IMG/VR virus record: IMGVR_UViG_3300034060_000702
Coordinates: 18,461 to 82,460 of that record
DNA length: 64,000 nt
Source: a virus
Strand: one strand, 5' to 3'
The position numbers and the translations under genes are program-made. The notes under the pieces are model-generated. The model had not been told where the DNA came from, ran no database searches, and was given only the letters and a program-made list of their open reading frames with translations. Every line of letters begins with the position of its first letter. The first letter of the stretch is position 1. Of the stretch, positions 10,454-21,642 are shown piece after piece.

Positions 10454-13297
10454 TTAAGTTGTTGAATTTTGCTGAAGTCTAATCAACTCTTCAGGTGTTT
10501 GAACTTGATTTTCTGCATCGCTTGCATCACCAAGTTTGTAATCTCCTTTTGCAACACCCATAACCATAGCAGCAATTTTATCAGGACTAACTCCTGGCAT
10601 TTGTTTAACATACTCTGCATACATTCCAGGTATATCCATTTTGCTGTTTGTTTTCGGAGTAACAGGTTTTCCAGAACTATTGTAAATTACACCAGTAGCA
10701 ATATCTTTTTTGAAATTGTTTGTGGTTTGATTTAAGTTAAATATGTTCGAAGCATTAGTCCAAGCAGCATTTGATAACTCAACAATCTTATCTTTAGCAG
10801 CACTTATAGAATTGTCAAACTGTTGTTTTAAAGTTTGTCTTTTATCATGCATACTTGTTGCATTTGCAGCATCTTGAGCATTTGCAATATTTGCAAGTTG
10901 AGTATTTCTATCTTCAGCACTATTAAACAAACCTACATTCTTATCAGCATAATTGCTAATTTGATCTGCTACTTGTTCATATGCTTTACCTTGCATTTGA
11001 GAAACACCGGCAGCTAATTGACCGGGAGTTGCAAATGCTTGTAATCCAGCAATACCTTGACCAAGTTGAGAATTAACAGCAGCAATAGCTCTTTCCGGAG
11101 AATAGAACATTGTATCTGATTGTTGTGTTGCTCCAACTTTTGACCAAGGATCATATTTCTTAATATCATTTTTAGCATCAATTGCTCTATTTAAAGAAGC
11201 AATATCTTGTTTTCTAAAATCCCATTTACCAGGTACTGGAGGTTTAGCATTTAAAGGATTAGTTTTTACATCAACAGTTGAATCAATTTTTGCAGCTTCA
11301 GGTTCAATTTCATAATCAGGTTTCATTGAAAAACCAAAAGCATCAAAATGTTCAAAACCAGATTTTGCATCATCTTTATGAACAGGTCTATAGTCACCAG
11401 ATGTTTTTAATTTATCTTCAATACCTCTTGTTACACCAGCAAAATTCTTTTTGTAAAAATCTTCTGACATTAATTCAGCATCATCTTTAGCTTTTACACC
11501 TAAGAAGCTAGTAAACTCTTTTTTGTTTACTAATCTTTTTGCAGGATCAGCAAAAGTTTCTTCAATTAATTTAAAACCTTCTTCTTCAGAAAGACCTTGA
11601 CCTTTTGCTTTTTCAAGCAAGTATCTTTTTTCATAATCATCTGGTGAAAATCCACCAACAAATGAACCGGTCTTATCTAACTTACCTTGAGCATTAGCAA
11701 TTGAATAAGCACCAGTAGCTCCTTGATTAACAATTTTAAACTTATCAGTACCAAAGTCTTTTCCTGATTTATTTATAGCTTTACTAATTGCAATCTTAGT
11801 TCTAAAGTCTGGATTAAATGTTCCAAGAACTTTAATACCATTACCAACACATTTTCCATTCTTATCTTTTTTATTACATACAATAGTACCTGCTGCTAAA
11901 CCATCTTCTATAGCTTTATTTGCTATTTTTAATGTTTCAGCATTAGTTACATCTTTACTCCATTCAGCTAACTCATTTGCAGCAGAAGTTTTAGTATTAT
12001 TTGCTTTTACCTCACTACTCAAGTATCCTACTTTTCTGTAAGTACCATCTGGTTGTTCAACAAAGTCACCAACTTTAAATGAAGTATCTGTTGTTTTTTT
12101 AAATACAGCACCTTTAGGTACTTGATCTTTAGTATATGTTTTATATTTTTTAGTATCTGCTCCTCCATCTGCTTTAGGAAGACCAACAATAGTATACCTA
12201 CCAGCTTGACCACCTTCTGCAAAATTATATGTAAGACCTGCTTTAACTTCAGGATTCCATAAGTCTTGAGGAAGCATAGTATTTTTAATACCTATGTTTG
12301 CATTTAATCCAGTTGGATTATTAGTTTCATATGAAAGACTAGCTTGCCCGCTTGGATTAAGTAAAGCACCAGGAACTGAAGAATTTTCTAAAGTTACATC
12401 TCCTTGTAAATTACCAACTTTTTTAGTAAAACCAATTGATTGATTAGAAATTCTATTTTTAAAATCATCTATTAATGATTCAGTAGAGTAACCTGCATGT
12501 AATCCAGATTTATCAAAAACATTTACACCAGCACCAGCTATTTGATCTGTTCTAACAACATTACCTTGCTCATCCTGTTGATCTTGATTATAACCATAAA
12601 CAAAAGGATTTGCAGACAATCTATCTTTAAGTTTTGATAGTTTAGATTTACCACCTCCATCATCTTTCTTTTCTAAGAAACCTCCAAAGGCAGCTTGCAT
12701 CTGTTGTCCTACAGCTTCTTGCTGTGCCTCATCTACTTTAAAAATATCATCTGGAGTAGTTTTAGTCTTATCAAAGAATGGAGCAAACTGTTCGCTAAAT
12801 CCATCTTTCATTCCTTTTTTAGATTCTTGCCATAATGCTAATGCAGATAATGCAAACCTAGAGTTATCTAAATTCTTAACAGCAGAAGCTTTTTGAATTT
12901 TATCAGCATACATATCTTTGATGATTGCTTTAGATTTAGCAACAGCATCAATATGCTTTTTAGAAATTTCAGCAGGTGTCATTCCTTTTTTAGATTCCAC
13001 ACCAAAAAACTCCAACTCTTCTTTATCCTTTATCAATAATTTTTTGTTATCGGAATAAATAAAAGATGCACTTTTTCCATTATCATCACCAGTAGGCAAA
13101 TCTAATGGAGTTCCACCAGCACTGTGTTTTTTACCACCTATAGCTTTTAACTCAAAGATGTTATCATTTTCACTTAAATTAGTTAAAACTGTTTCACCTT
13201 TTTCAGCTTCTAAAACTGCTTTCTTTCTATCGACAGGTCCTACAGTTGTTTTTAACTTTTTCTTGGAACCATCAAATACATTTTTTTGAACAGCCAT
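10454..13297 (-). CDS. Virion cargo/ejection protein (947 aa)
   Basis: N-terminal EAEKGE...GGKKHSAGGTPL...FIYSD motif typical of crAss-like cargo proteins; xxGG motifs; helical C-terminus. Confidence 0.7.
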   Translation of the reverse strand: MAVQKNVFDGSKKKLKTTVGPVDRKKAVLEAEKGETVLTNLSENDNIFELKAIGGKKHSAGGTPLDLPTGDDNGKSASFIYSDNKKLLIKDKEELEFFGVESKKGMTPAEISKKHIDAVAKSKAIIKDMYADKIQKASAVKNLDNSRFALSALALWQESKKGMKDGFSEQFAPFFDKTKTTPDDIFKVDEAQQEAVGQQMQAAFGGFLEKKDDGGGKSKLSKLKDRLSANPFVYGYNQDQQDEQGNVVRTDQIAGAGVNVFDKSGLHAGYSTESLIDDFKNRISNQSIGFTKKVGNLQGDVTLENSSVPGALLNPSGQASLSYETNNPTGLNANIGIKNTMLPQDLWNPEVKAGLTYNFAEGGQAGRYTIVGLPKADGGADTKKYKTYTKDQVPKGAVFKKTTDTSFKVGDFVEQPDGTYRKVGYLSSEVKANNTKTSAANELAEWSKDVTNAETLKIANKAIEDGLAAGTIVCNKKDKNGKCVGNGIKVLGTFNPDFRTKIAISKAINKSGKDFGTDKFKIVNQGATGAYSIANAQGKLDKTGSFVGGFSPDDYEKRYLLEKAKGQGLSEEEGFKLIEETFADPAKRLVNKKEFTSFLGVKAKDDAELMSEDFYKKNFAGVTRGIEDKLKTSGDYRPVHKDDAKSGFEHFDAFGFSMKPDYEIEPEAAKIDSTVDVKTNPLNAKPPVPGKWDFRKQDIASLNRAIDAKNDIKKYDPWSKVGATQQSDTMFYSPERAIAAVNSQLGQGIAGLQAFATPGQLAAGVSQMQGKAYEQVADQISNYADKNVGLFNSAEDRNTQLANIANAQDAANATSMHDKRQTLKQQFDNSISAAKDKIVELSNAAWTNASNIFNLNQTTNNFKKDIATGVIYNSSGKPVTPKTNSKMDIPGMYAEYVKQMPGVSPDKIAAMVMGVAKGDYKLGDASDAENQVQTPEELIRLQQNSTT

Positions 13298-13300
13298 ATT

Positions 13301-15646
13301 TTAAGATTTTTGAATGTTAATACCATGAGCTTTAAATAAGGCAACATCATCATCACTTAAATCATATTGTCCACCTAATGCATATGTCTTACCACCAAGA
13401 GAATATACTTGCTGATTCATTGATTGACTAGTGTTAGTTAAGTTTTGAATTTCAGCACCTGTATCAGTACCACCCATAAAGTTACCAAATTGATCCCAAC
13501 CTTGATTCTCTAATTGATTTCTTGGTCCATTTACAGCAGATAACTTACCTTCATTTTCTTTATCAAGTCTTCTTTGTTCTGCTTCATTTGCAAATTTAGT
13601 AACCCAATCCATTCCTTGTTTACCAACATCAGCTGCAGCATTCCAATCAACTTTAAGTTTACCTTTTTTATTCATAACCTCAACTTCTGTTTCAGCATTA
13701 AAAGGATTATCTTCAGGTAAACTGTAACCTCTTTCCATGATTAATTCTTCTGAAGTTTTACCACCTGGACCAAATTTATTTAATCCTCCACCAAATGCCA
13801 TCATAATAGTTTGAGCAGCTTTATGTAAATCAGATGAAGTTACACCACCAAAAGATTTCATTCCATGTGATTCTTGCATATACTTTAGTTTCTCATCTAA
13901 ATCAGGTTCTACTACTTCTTCTTGACGTGGAGAATCAACTATAGATTTATTTTCAGGAAAATGTAACATTGAAAAAGTAAGATTACGTGGGTTATCTTTA
14001 GTTTCAACAACAGGTTCAACAACAGGTTTAGAAGCTACAGGTATAGTTTCACCTGGTTTAAGAGGTATAGTAGTAGTAGGCGCAGTAGTAGGATTATTAA
14101 ATGAAGACAAGCGATTAATAAAATTATGTGCTTCAGGACTTAAATCAGTAGCAGAATCATAAGTTTTTTGTTTAGGAAGTACTGGAAGTCGTCTGTAACC
14201 AAAAGTTTTATCATAAGCTTCTTGATTTCTTTTAAGTGATGCTTGATTTTCTGCAATTTCTTCTGGTGTAGGGGTATAATCTTCTTCTTCTGAAGTTACA
14301 GGTGTAGTTGTTTTTTTAGGCATAACTTTTGAATTAGCTTTCATACCTGGTATATTCTCATCAACATATACATCATCTGGTATTTCGCTTGTTAAAGTAG
14401 AAGTTGCCGCAGTTGTTGGTGCAACTACCGCAGGAACTACTGGTGGAACTACAGCAGTTACAGGAGGTATAGCACCAGGAGTTGTAGCAGTTGGTACAAC
14501 TCCAGTTGGAGTAGCACCTTGCGCTGGATCCCAATTAATCTTATATTTCTTACCTACTACTTTTCTATTAAAAAGACCACCTCTAATATCTTCAGCTTCT
14601 GTTGTCTTCCATGTTCTTCCATCAGCAGTACCAGTACCTTTTCCAGGATCAAATAAATCTGAATAGTTAAAACCAGCAGGAACATTTTTTCCATTGATTT
14701 GCATTTGTCCAGGTTCTCTTCCAGAGTTACCAAACAATCTTGCTAATGATGATGTTCCAAATGTATTAGTTGGAGGCGCATAATTATAAACTATGTTATA
14801 TCTTGGTTGACCATAAGGATTAATATTTGGATTACTAAATTGAGGATTTTGTCCTGTATTAATAGCTGTTGCTACTGGAGCTTTATATTTACCTACTTCA
14901 GTTTTATAATCAAGCTTGGTTGTATTCTTGTCATCTGCATTATAGTCATATAAAGCTTCAAGATATTCTCCTCTAGTTTTATACTTAGACATATCTAGAC
15001 CACCATCAGCTTTAGGAAGATCTCCACCAAACTTCATGGAATCTGGACTGTTTTGAAAAACTTGCTTACTAGCTTGATTCATTAATGCATTTTGTTTTAT
15101 AGCATTAATAAAATTTGCTTGTCTATCTTGTACATAAGAAGCAGAGTTAACATTAAGATCAGCTTTACCACCAAATGCTTTTTCAATTAAATTAAATGCA
15201 GGACCTCCAAAAGCCATTTGCAATTCTTCATCTGTTGGTTGAGAAGCACCTTGTTGCTCTTGCATCATAGCCATTTCTTCAGGAGATGGTTGACCACCTT
15301 CTTGAGGCATACCTTGCGGAGCACCTTCCATCATTTCCTCTTGTGGATTAGATGCTTGACCTTCTATCTGCTCTTCACCAGGACCTTGTTGTTGTTGACC
15401 ACCCTGCATAGCTTCTTGAATAGTAGCTTGTGCTTCTTCTGGAGCCATACCCATTTGAGTAAATACTTCCATGATCACTTCTGGTGGAACTTGACTACCT
15501 AATAATTGAGCAGCAACTTCTGCAGGTTGCGCACCTTGCTCCAACATTTGTTGAGCCATTTGCATTACTTGTTGCATTTGATCACCCCCTCCTTGTTGAG
15601 GAGCTTGTTGTGCTGGTGCACCTGGCATGTTTTGAGAATCTTCCAT
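13301..15646 (-). CDS. Low-complexity internal virion/cargo protein (781 aa)
   Basis: Gln/Met-rich N-terminus, Pro/Thr-rich middle, about 9 xxGG motifs; directly downstream of the muzzle gene. Confidence 0.6.
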   Translation of the reverse strand: MEDSQNMPGAPAQQAPQQGGGDQMQQVMQMAQQMLEQGAQPAEVAAQLLGSQVPPEVIMEVFTQMGMAPEEAQATIQEAMQGGQQQQGPGEEQIEGQASNPQEEMMEGAPQGMPQEGGQPSPEEMAMMQEQQGASQPTDEELQMAFGGPAFNLIEKAFGGKADLNVNSASYVQDRQANFINAIKQNALMNQASKQVFQNSPDSMKFGGDLPKADGGLDMSKYKTRGEYLEALYDYNADDKNTTKLDYKTEVGKYKAPVATAINTGQNPQFSNPNINPYGQPRYNIVYNYAPPTNTFGTSSLARLFGNSGREPGQMQINGKNVPAGFNYSDLFDPGKGTGTADGRTWKTTEAEDIRGGLFNRKVVGKKYKINWDPAQGATPTGVVPTATTPGAIPPVTAVVPPVVPAVVAPTTAATSTLTSEIPDDVYVDENIPGMKANSKVMPKKTTTPVTSEEEDYTPTPEEIAENQASLKRNQEAYDKTFGYRRLPVLPKQKTYDSATDLSPEAHNFINRLSSFNNPTTAPTTTIPLKPGETIPVASKPVVEPVVETKDNPRNLTFSMLHFPENKSIVDSPRQEEVVEPDLDEKLKYMQESHGMKSFGGVTSSDLHKAAQTIMMAFGGGLNKFGPGGKTSEELIMERGYSLPEDNPFNAETEVEVMNKKGKLKVDWNAAADVGKQGMDWVTKFANEAEQRRLDKENEGKLSAVNGPRNQLENQGWDQFGNFMGGTDTGAEIQNLTNTSQSMNQQVYSLGGKTYALGGQYDLSDDDVALFKAHGINIQKS

Positions 15647-15708
15647 AACTTAATACTTGTTAAAATTAATATAGTAAAAATAATTTAGAATGTATAACTA
15701 ATAAATGT

Positions 15709-18700
15709 TTATCTTAATGACTGTAGCATATCTGCATATGCAATATTGACAAGCATTTCCACATTATCATTTTCCATTCTTCTTAATATCACGCGATGCT
15801 TATTGTTTCTAAACTTCTTTCTTTCAAATTCTGATTTTTGATAATTAATTGAATCAGGGTTTATACTGCGAATGTAACCATTATCTTCTGTTTTCCATAT
15901 GGTTTCCTTTACATTACTATACTCACCTCTGTCTTTAACTATATCCCAAAATTGATTGAATCTATATTTTTGTTCTTCTTTAGAATACAATATATCGATT
16001 GAATTAAAGTTTACTTTTGGATAAGAAATCATATCACTTAAATCATTTTTAGGATTCAAGTTCAATTTTAACTTTCCAGAAATCTGTTCTGTATTATAAA
16101 TTACAGCCTCATCAAAGTTTCGATCTAATAATAAAAATTTATCATAGGTGTTCTTATCATAGATAGAAGCTTCAATGTAGTATTCGATGCTTCTTAAAGT
16201 AGTAACTTCTAAGTTTGTATCTAATTCAAATTCTACTTCAAAAGGATAAGAGTCACCATAATAATTACAATAGTTTGTAACACTTTTATTATGTCGCCAG
16301 AACCCATTTACTTTAGTTGTAATGAATGTATTCTTACCAGACATAGCTAAGTCTGGATGCCAGTCATGGAATGAAACAAAATGATTAATCATTGGATCAT
16401 AAGAAATAGTCCAAGAAGCATTGTTAAAATACATTGGATTCCCAACATGTGTTTCAAACATCCCACCAATTAAGAAAATACCATCTCCTTTATATTCGAC
16501 AGTCATCAAAGGATTAGGTCCTTTGAATTCATCTTTTAAAGAGTAATCTTTTTTACAGAAATAAACAATACCATACTCATTATCATAAATAGTTTGGCAG
16601 CCAATTCCAGCAACTGGATTGTCATCAATATCGAAGTTTGGAAAATCTTCTTTTAACTTATATGGTAAATAAAGATTCAACCAAAATTCATTATGATTTA
16701 AAGACAATTCTTTTATTCCACCTGCATATTGAAATAGTTTACCTTGATTCAAACACATCCAATATAAACCTGTAGGTGTATTTATTACAGATAATCTACT
16801 TTGACAAGAACCATACTCATAAGATCTTTCTGAATTAGAAAGTCTTTGTAAATCTCTTGCAAATAAACTACCATCTCCAATTTGAAGTTGAGTACCGCTA
16901 CCAGTTTGTAATGTATCTACACCAGGAAGTAAACCAGGAGCAGTATTCTTAAACAGTATTAATGCTGCAGTTTTATCAATTGGTTTTATAGCTGTAACTT
17001 CACTGTCAAAGTCTTTATAATTATAAGGTAAGAATACTGACCAATTATCTTTTTTTGTTTCAGTTTGTTGAGGTAATGAATACAACACTCTTCTAATTCT
17101 TTTTGTATAACAAGAAGCATATAACAAAGGATCATATTTTAATTCTTGTATAGTTGACCATGGAATTTTTGCAAATGGTAAAAAAGATACAGCAACACTT
17201 CGATCAAGTTTATAATAATTATCATTCTTAATAATATTATTATGGAACATTGCATCTAAGTTACTTGTTATAGGATAGTGTCTTTTTTCAATTACTTCTC
17301 CATAATCACGACAGTCAATATTTAATTCAGACTCAACAAAGAATTCTCGAACTCCAGAATTAAACAAATACATGTATGCTTTTTTCAATGTAAACAAACC
17401 TTCACCCTTTCCATTCTTATCAAATACATGTAATGAAGAAGGTACACCTAAAGCTTGAAAAAAAGCATCTGCGGCATTTGGATTATCTTTAAACATTCTA
17501 TCAGCTGCATTTTTAAAAGCATCTGATATAGATGATGTAAAGTCACTAAAATCATAATTTTCAGTATTCATCCAATAAGATGTATACTCAAACATTTGAT
17601 GCAATCTATAATTAAGTTCAGCTCCATCAGGTTCACCATGTAACCATTGTTGAAAATAGTATAATGTATTTTTTTCAGAATACTTTCCAATATATGTATC
17701 ACCACCAAAAACTATATCAGATTTAGATTGATTTACATTATAGATAAATGATTGTGTTGGAATAATTTTAATATTTGTTAATTGACCATATTGATTTCGC
17801 AATCTATTTTTTATTGCAACATAATGAGAAGAAGCTCTATAAAAATTATCCGCAAATTGTGCAGAATCCTCAAGAGCATTAATTTTTGGAGGTCTAGATA
17901 TATCTTGTATAGTTGGATCTGATACATTTGATGTTGTTGTAAGTACAACAGTTTCTTGTCTATGAGTATGATTAATTACATAGTTTTGTGAAGGTGTATA
18001 TAAATCATATAATCCAGGATTTAAGTATTTAGCATTATGTAACTTCTTTCTAATATTTGCAGGATTTGGAATACCAAAGTTTTCATATTGACAAACAGAA
18101 ACATGTTGATAAGCAAATTGAGAATATTTAGAAATAGATTTTATCAACTCTAAAAAAGAGTTTGCTCCTTCTCCTAAATAATTTGTAAACACAGGAATTG
18201 CTGTAATAGCTCTTAATAAACCAGGACTTCTATCTACATTATCATAACTTATTTCCGTATGCCCAGATACTAATTGAGAACCAGGAATTAAACTTGCAAC
18301 AAATCCAGCATCTTGAGCAAAAGCTTTGGCAACATAGTTTGTAGAAGCAACTCCATAGTTTTGACCAGTAAATACATCAGCTACAGTTGTAGTACCTTCT
18401 AATGCTATAGAACCTATATCCGATGCTAAACCTACAACACCTGCTGCAGATAAACCAGGAACAATACCTCCAAGACCATTTGCAAGACCTGCATAAGCTT
18501 CAAGCCATGGTAACGAACTACCATCTCCTTTAGAAGAAACATATTTTGTATTTCTTGTACCAGATACTTTACCAATAGCATATCCAATACCTATTACAAC
18601 ACTAACAGTAAATGCAAAGTTTGTTACAAATTTATGTCTTGGATGTTCATCAACAGGTTTGTAATGTCCTTTAGACATACCATACATTTCCCCATAAATT

Positions 18701-20703
18701 TTTAATTCATCATCTACAAGAAATGGTTTAACAAACATTGTATCTGGTGAATGGAATGTAAAGTTTTTTCTATTCACAGCATCATTAGGAACTAAGTGAA
18801 TTACTTTTCCAGTAACTTCAGTTATACCAGGAGCTTTAGAAATAAATGGATCTGGTCGCAAATCATTGAATGGATAGTTTGCATACATTCCTTTTTGCTT
18901 ACCTGCGTTAACAACAGATGGTAAATCATACTCAAACATGTTATTGATTAATCCTTTGTATAAAACAGTTTTATTACCATTTCTACTTCCTCTAAGGATT
19001 TCATAACCAACAATCGATTTAATCTTTACACCATTATTGTCAACAGGTGGTTTGATATTCTCAAACTGAACACCCATAATTCTAATCTTATCTCCACCAT
19101 CACTATAGTGATTAGAGTTAGTATTCTTAGTACCACCAGAAGAAATAACATTTTCAGGAAACTTATGATGTCTAATTGGTTTACCACATAAATCATGATC
19201 TGGAATTTGAGAAGCAGACCAAGTGTGTGCACTTGCATTCCATACAGTAGGATTCTTATCCGGATAAAATTCAGAAGATTCATGGTAAGCCATTCTTCCC
19301 CTTTGAATAACTACACCACCATCAGGTAGTTCAGGATTAGGAACAGGTAAACTTGAGTTATCTACCCAAGCAGTATTATAAACTTCAAATACTTTAGGAG
19401 CATAACCTTGTTCGATAATATTAGCAGAGCCTGGCGCAGTTGCATTTTCTATTAATGTAGCAGCAACACCACCAGCATCTGAAGGTACTTTGTAATCAAC
19501 AGGACCTCTTCCTGGAATATGATATGCTTTTGTTTTATCTCCAGTATTATGAATCCATCTAATGAAAAAAGGATATACTTCATCACGCATATAACCAACA
19601 TTAACCCCAGCATTCTTGTAGTACTCTTTTGTGTATTCAACACAAGTCCACCAAGATTGAATTTGATTTGCTAATGGTTGGTAATTAAACTCAAACTTTT
19701 CAGTTGGAGCAACTCTTAATGCATACATACCATTTTCATATATCCCTTCCGATTTGTCTGGAACTGGGGTAAGAATAGGCAGGCTTTCTAAAGATACTAT
19801 AGGGAGAGTAAGATCAACAAAATCTATTATGACAGCACTTTGACTAGTACTATAAGAACCAATCTTTCTTGCAACTGTCTTCTCCGATATAGTAGATACC
19901 AATACCAAATCAAAATCATCAAAGTCTGTATCAAGATTGTCAAACTGAATCTCAATAGCATTGTTTACATTCTCATGACTCCATAGAGCAACCACATTAG
20001 ACATAGTAGAGTAATCAGATACCTGTTGTCCATTTACAGTATAGCAAATATGTACATGGTAAGAACCATTTAACATACTACCACCAGAAACTCCCTTAGC
20101 TATTTTTATATTAGGATAGGTAAGATAACTCTCCAATCGGATTTTATCGCAGTCAAGGATCTTATTTCCATCTACATCAGTCTTATCTACACAAGTAATA
20201 CATCCACCGGGCAAGGAACCGTTACTATCACTACATGTTTGCACCCAAGGAATCTTTTCAGTATCAACTACCCTATCCGGATTTATACCATCTGCAAAGT
20301 ATACTTTGTAAGAACAATCAAATGTTGCTCTAGAAACTCCTTTAATTAAATGTGAGGTTTTAAAATTCAAACAAGCATCTCTAACAAGTTTCACATAAGT
20401 GCAAGCACCCTCATCGAACATGCCAATTTCAGACTCATAATTATTTGTGCTGAATACTATCCATTCTGTTCCAACAATGTGTATTGCACCTATAACAGTA
20501 AATGGAGCAATAGTACAAAGTATATTTCCAAACTCATTACCTAGTTTACCTAAATCACCTTTTCTAGAATTATTAGATGCATTCCTTGCATAAGTCCAAC
20601 TACCTTGAGGAGCTCCTCCTCCTGCTGGTTCATTAATTTGCATCCCAGTTGAGAATGAAGCACCTGTTTGTGTTGAACTTTGTCCTGAAGATTTCTTAGC
20701 CAT
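15709..20703 (-). CDS. Tail muzzle / stabilization protein (P22 gp10-like, crAss Tstab)
   Basis: 1664 aa, beta-rich; GYMRDEVYPFFIRW, YGSCQSRLS and WTISYDP...SFHDWHP motifs; synteny after the ring proteins. Confidence 0.8.
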   Translation of the reverse strand: MAKKSSGQSSTQTGASFSTGMQINEPAGGGAPQGSWTYARNASNNSRKGDLGKLGNEFGNILCTIAPFTVIGAIHIVGTEWIVFSTNNYESEIGMFDEGACTYVKLVRDACLNFKTSHLIKGVSRATFDCSYKVYFADGINPDRVVDTEKIPWVQTCSDSNGSLPGGCITCVDKTDVDGNKILDCDKIRLESYLTYPNIKIAKGVSGGSMLNGSYHVHICYTVNGQQVSDYSTMSNVVALWSHENVNNAIEIQFDNLDTDFDDFDLVLVSTISEKTVARKIGSYSTSQSAVIIDFVDLTLPIVSLESLPILTPVPDKSEGIYENGMYALRVAPTEKFEFNYQPLANQIQSWWTCVEYTKEYYKNAGVNVGYMRDEVYPFFIRWIHNTGDKTKAYHIPGRGPVDYKVPSDAGGVAATLIENATAPGSANIIEQGYAPKVFEVYNTAWVDNSSLPVPNPELPDGGVVIQRGRMAYHESSEFYPDKNPTVWNASAHTWSASQIPDHDLCGKPIRHHKFPENVISSGGTKNTNSNHYSDGGDKIRIMGVQFENIKPPVDNNGVKIKSIVGYEILRGSRNGNKTVLYKGLINNMFEYDLPSVVNAGKQKGMYANYPFNDLRPDPFISKAPGITEVTGKVIHLVPNDAVNRKNFTFHSPDTMFVKPFLVDDELKIYGEMYGMSKGHYKPVDEHPRHKFVTNFAFTVSVVIGIGYAIGKVSGTRNTKYVSSKGDGSSLPWLEAYAGLANGLGGIVPGLSAAGVVGLASDIGSIALEGTTTVADVFTGQNYGVASTNYVAKAFAQDAGFVASLIPGSQLVSGHTEISYDNVDRSPGLLRAITAIPVFTNYLGEGANSFLELIKSISKYSQFAYQHVSVCQYENFGIPNPANIRKKLHNAKYLNPGLYDLYTPSQNYVINHTHRQETVVLTTTSNVSDPTIQDISRPPKINALEDSAQFADNFYRASSHYVAIKNRLRNQYGQLTNIKIIPTQSFIYNVNQSKSDIVFGGDTYIGKYSEKNTLYYFQQWLHGEPDGAELNYRLHQMFEYTSYWMNTENYDFSDFTSSISDAFKNAADRMFKDNPNAADAFFQALGVPSSLHVFDKNGKGEGLFTLKKAYMYLFNSGVREFFVESELNIDCRDYGEVIEKRHYPITSNLDAMFHNNIIKNDNYYKLDRSVAVSFLPFAKIPWSTIQELKYDPLLYASCYTKRIRRVLYSLPQQTETKKDNWSVFLPYNYKDFDSEVTAIKPIDKTAALILFKNTAPGLLPGVDTLQTGSGTQLQIGDGSLFARDLQRLSNSERSYEYGSCQSRLSVINTPTGLYWMCLNQGKLFQYAGGIKELSLNHNEFWLNLYLPYKLKEDFPNFDIDDNPVAGIGCQTIYDNEYGIVYFCKKDYSLKDEFKGPNPLMTVEYKGDGIFLIGGMFETHVGNPMYFNNASWTISYDPMINHFVSFHDWHPDLAMSGKNTFITTKVNGFWRHNKSVTNYCNYYGDSYPFEVEFELDTNLEVTTLRSIEYYIEASIYDKNTYDKFLLLDRNFDEAVIYNTEQISGKLKLNLNPKNDLSDMISYPKVNFNSIDILYSKEEQKYRFNQFWDIVKDRGEYSNVKETIWKTEDNGYIRSINPDSINYQKSEFERKKFRNNKHRVILRRMENDNVEMLVNIAYADMLQSLR

Positions 20704-20705
20704 TA

Positions 20706-21641
20706 TTAATGAGATTTAAACATGTTGTAATAATTATGGTATTGAGCTTTTCTATTAGTTTCCCATATAGCTCTCAACTCTCTAAAGTCTGGTGTATTAA
20801 CCAAACTCATTGCATTATTTCTAGCAGCTCTATATCTTTGTTCAATCAATTGAATTTGCCCTTGATTAACAGCTTCTCCATTCATAATTAAGTTTTCCAA
20901 TAGTCTTTGCTTAACAGCATACTCATAGAACTCATTTAACAAATCATGATCAGGAACAAGTAAGTTACCTTCTTCATCCTCCAACATACCTTGATAGTTT
21001 ATATACAACTTCCCAGTCTGGAATGAAGTATAGATAAAACCATTTTTAATGTATGCAGAATTTGCAGTCTGTACTTTCTTATTAGGACAATTCATGCTAA
21101 CTACATTCCCATCATCTTTAATTCGAATAGGATAAAAATTCTTATAAGTTCTAGTTTCATACTTTAACTTTTGAACTAAAACAGTTTCTTCACCCTTGCA
21201 GTTTACTTGAGTTACACATGCAGTAGCACATGTACACTTTGGTTTTTGTACCAAACACTTTCCACAAATAGTAGGAGGAGTAGAAACAACTGGAGTTACA
21301 CAAATATTAATTTCATTTGGTCCTGGATTATACATCTGGCTAACAGGTACAGACTCTATGTGAGTTCCTTGAGGTATAACTTCATTTACAGTATATTCAG
21401 ATATAATGTAAGCAAAGTTTAAAGCATTGAAATCATTAGGTAATTTTGTTTTACCTTTTTCAATATCCAATACATCATCTTTTGTTTTAAAGATTTTGAA
21501 TCCAAGTTCATAATTACATCGCTTTGCAATTTTAATAAACTCTTGTGGATTAATCAGATCTTCTAAAGCGAAGTTTCTAAACTCATATATGACTTCAGAA
21601 AGTAACTGATCATATGTTCTATAATTTACTTTACTTGCCAT
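20706..21641 (-). CDS. Tail ring/tubular protein (P22 gp4-like, Ttub)
   Basis: KLPNDF...YIKNGFIYTSFQTGKLYINYQG...DEEGNLLVPD; immediately before the muzzle; carries a Cys-rich insert. Confidence 0.75.
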   Translation of the reverse strand: MASKVNYRTYDQLLSEVIYEFRNFALEDLINPQEFIKIAKRCNYELGFKIFKTKDDVLDIEKGKTKLPNDFNALNFAYIISEYTVNEVIPQGTHIESVPVSQMYNPGPNEINICVTPVVSTPPTICGKCLVQKPKCTCATACVTQVNCKGEETVLVQKLKYETRTYKNFYPIRIKDDGNVVSMNCPNKKVQTANSAYIKNGFIYTSFQTGKLYINYQGMLEDEEGNLLVPDHDLLNEFYEYAVKQRLLENLIMNGEAVNQGQIQLIEQRYRAARNNAMSLVNTPDFRELRAIWETNRKAQYHNYYNMFKSH

Positions 21642-21642
21642 C

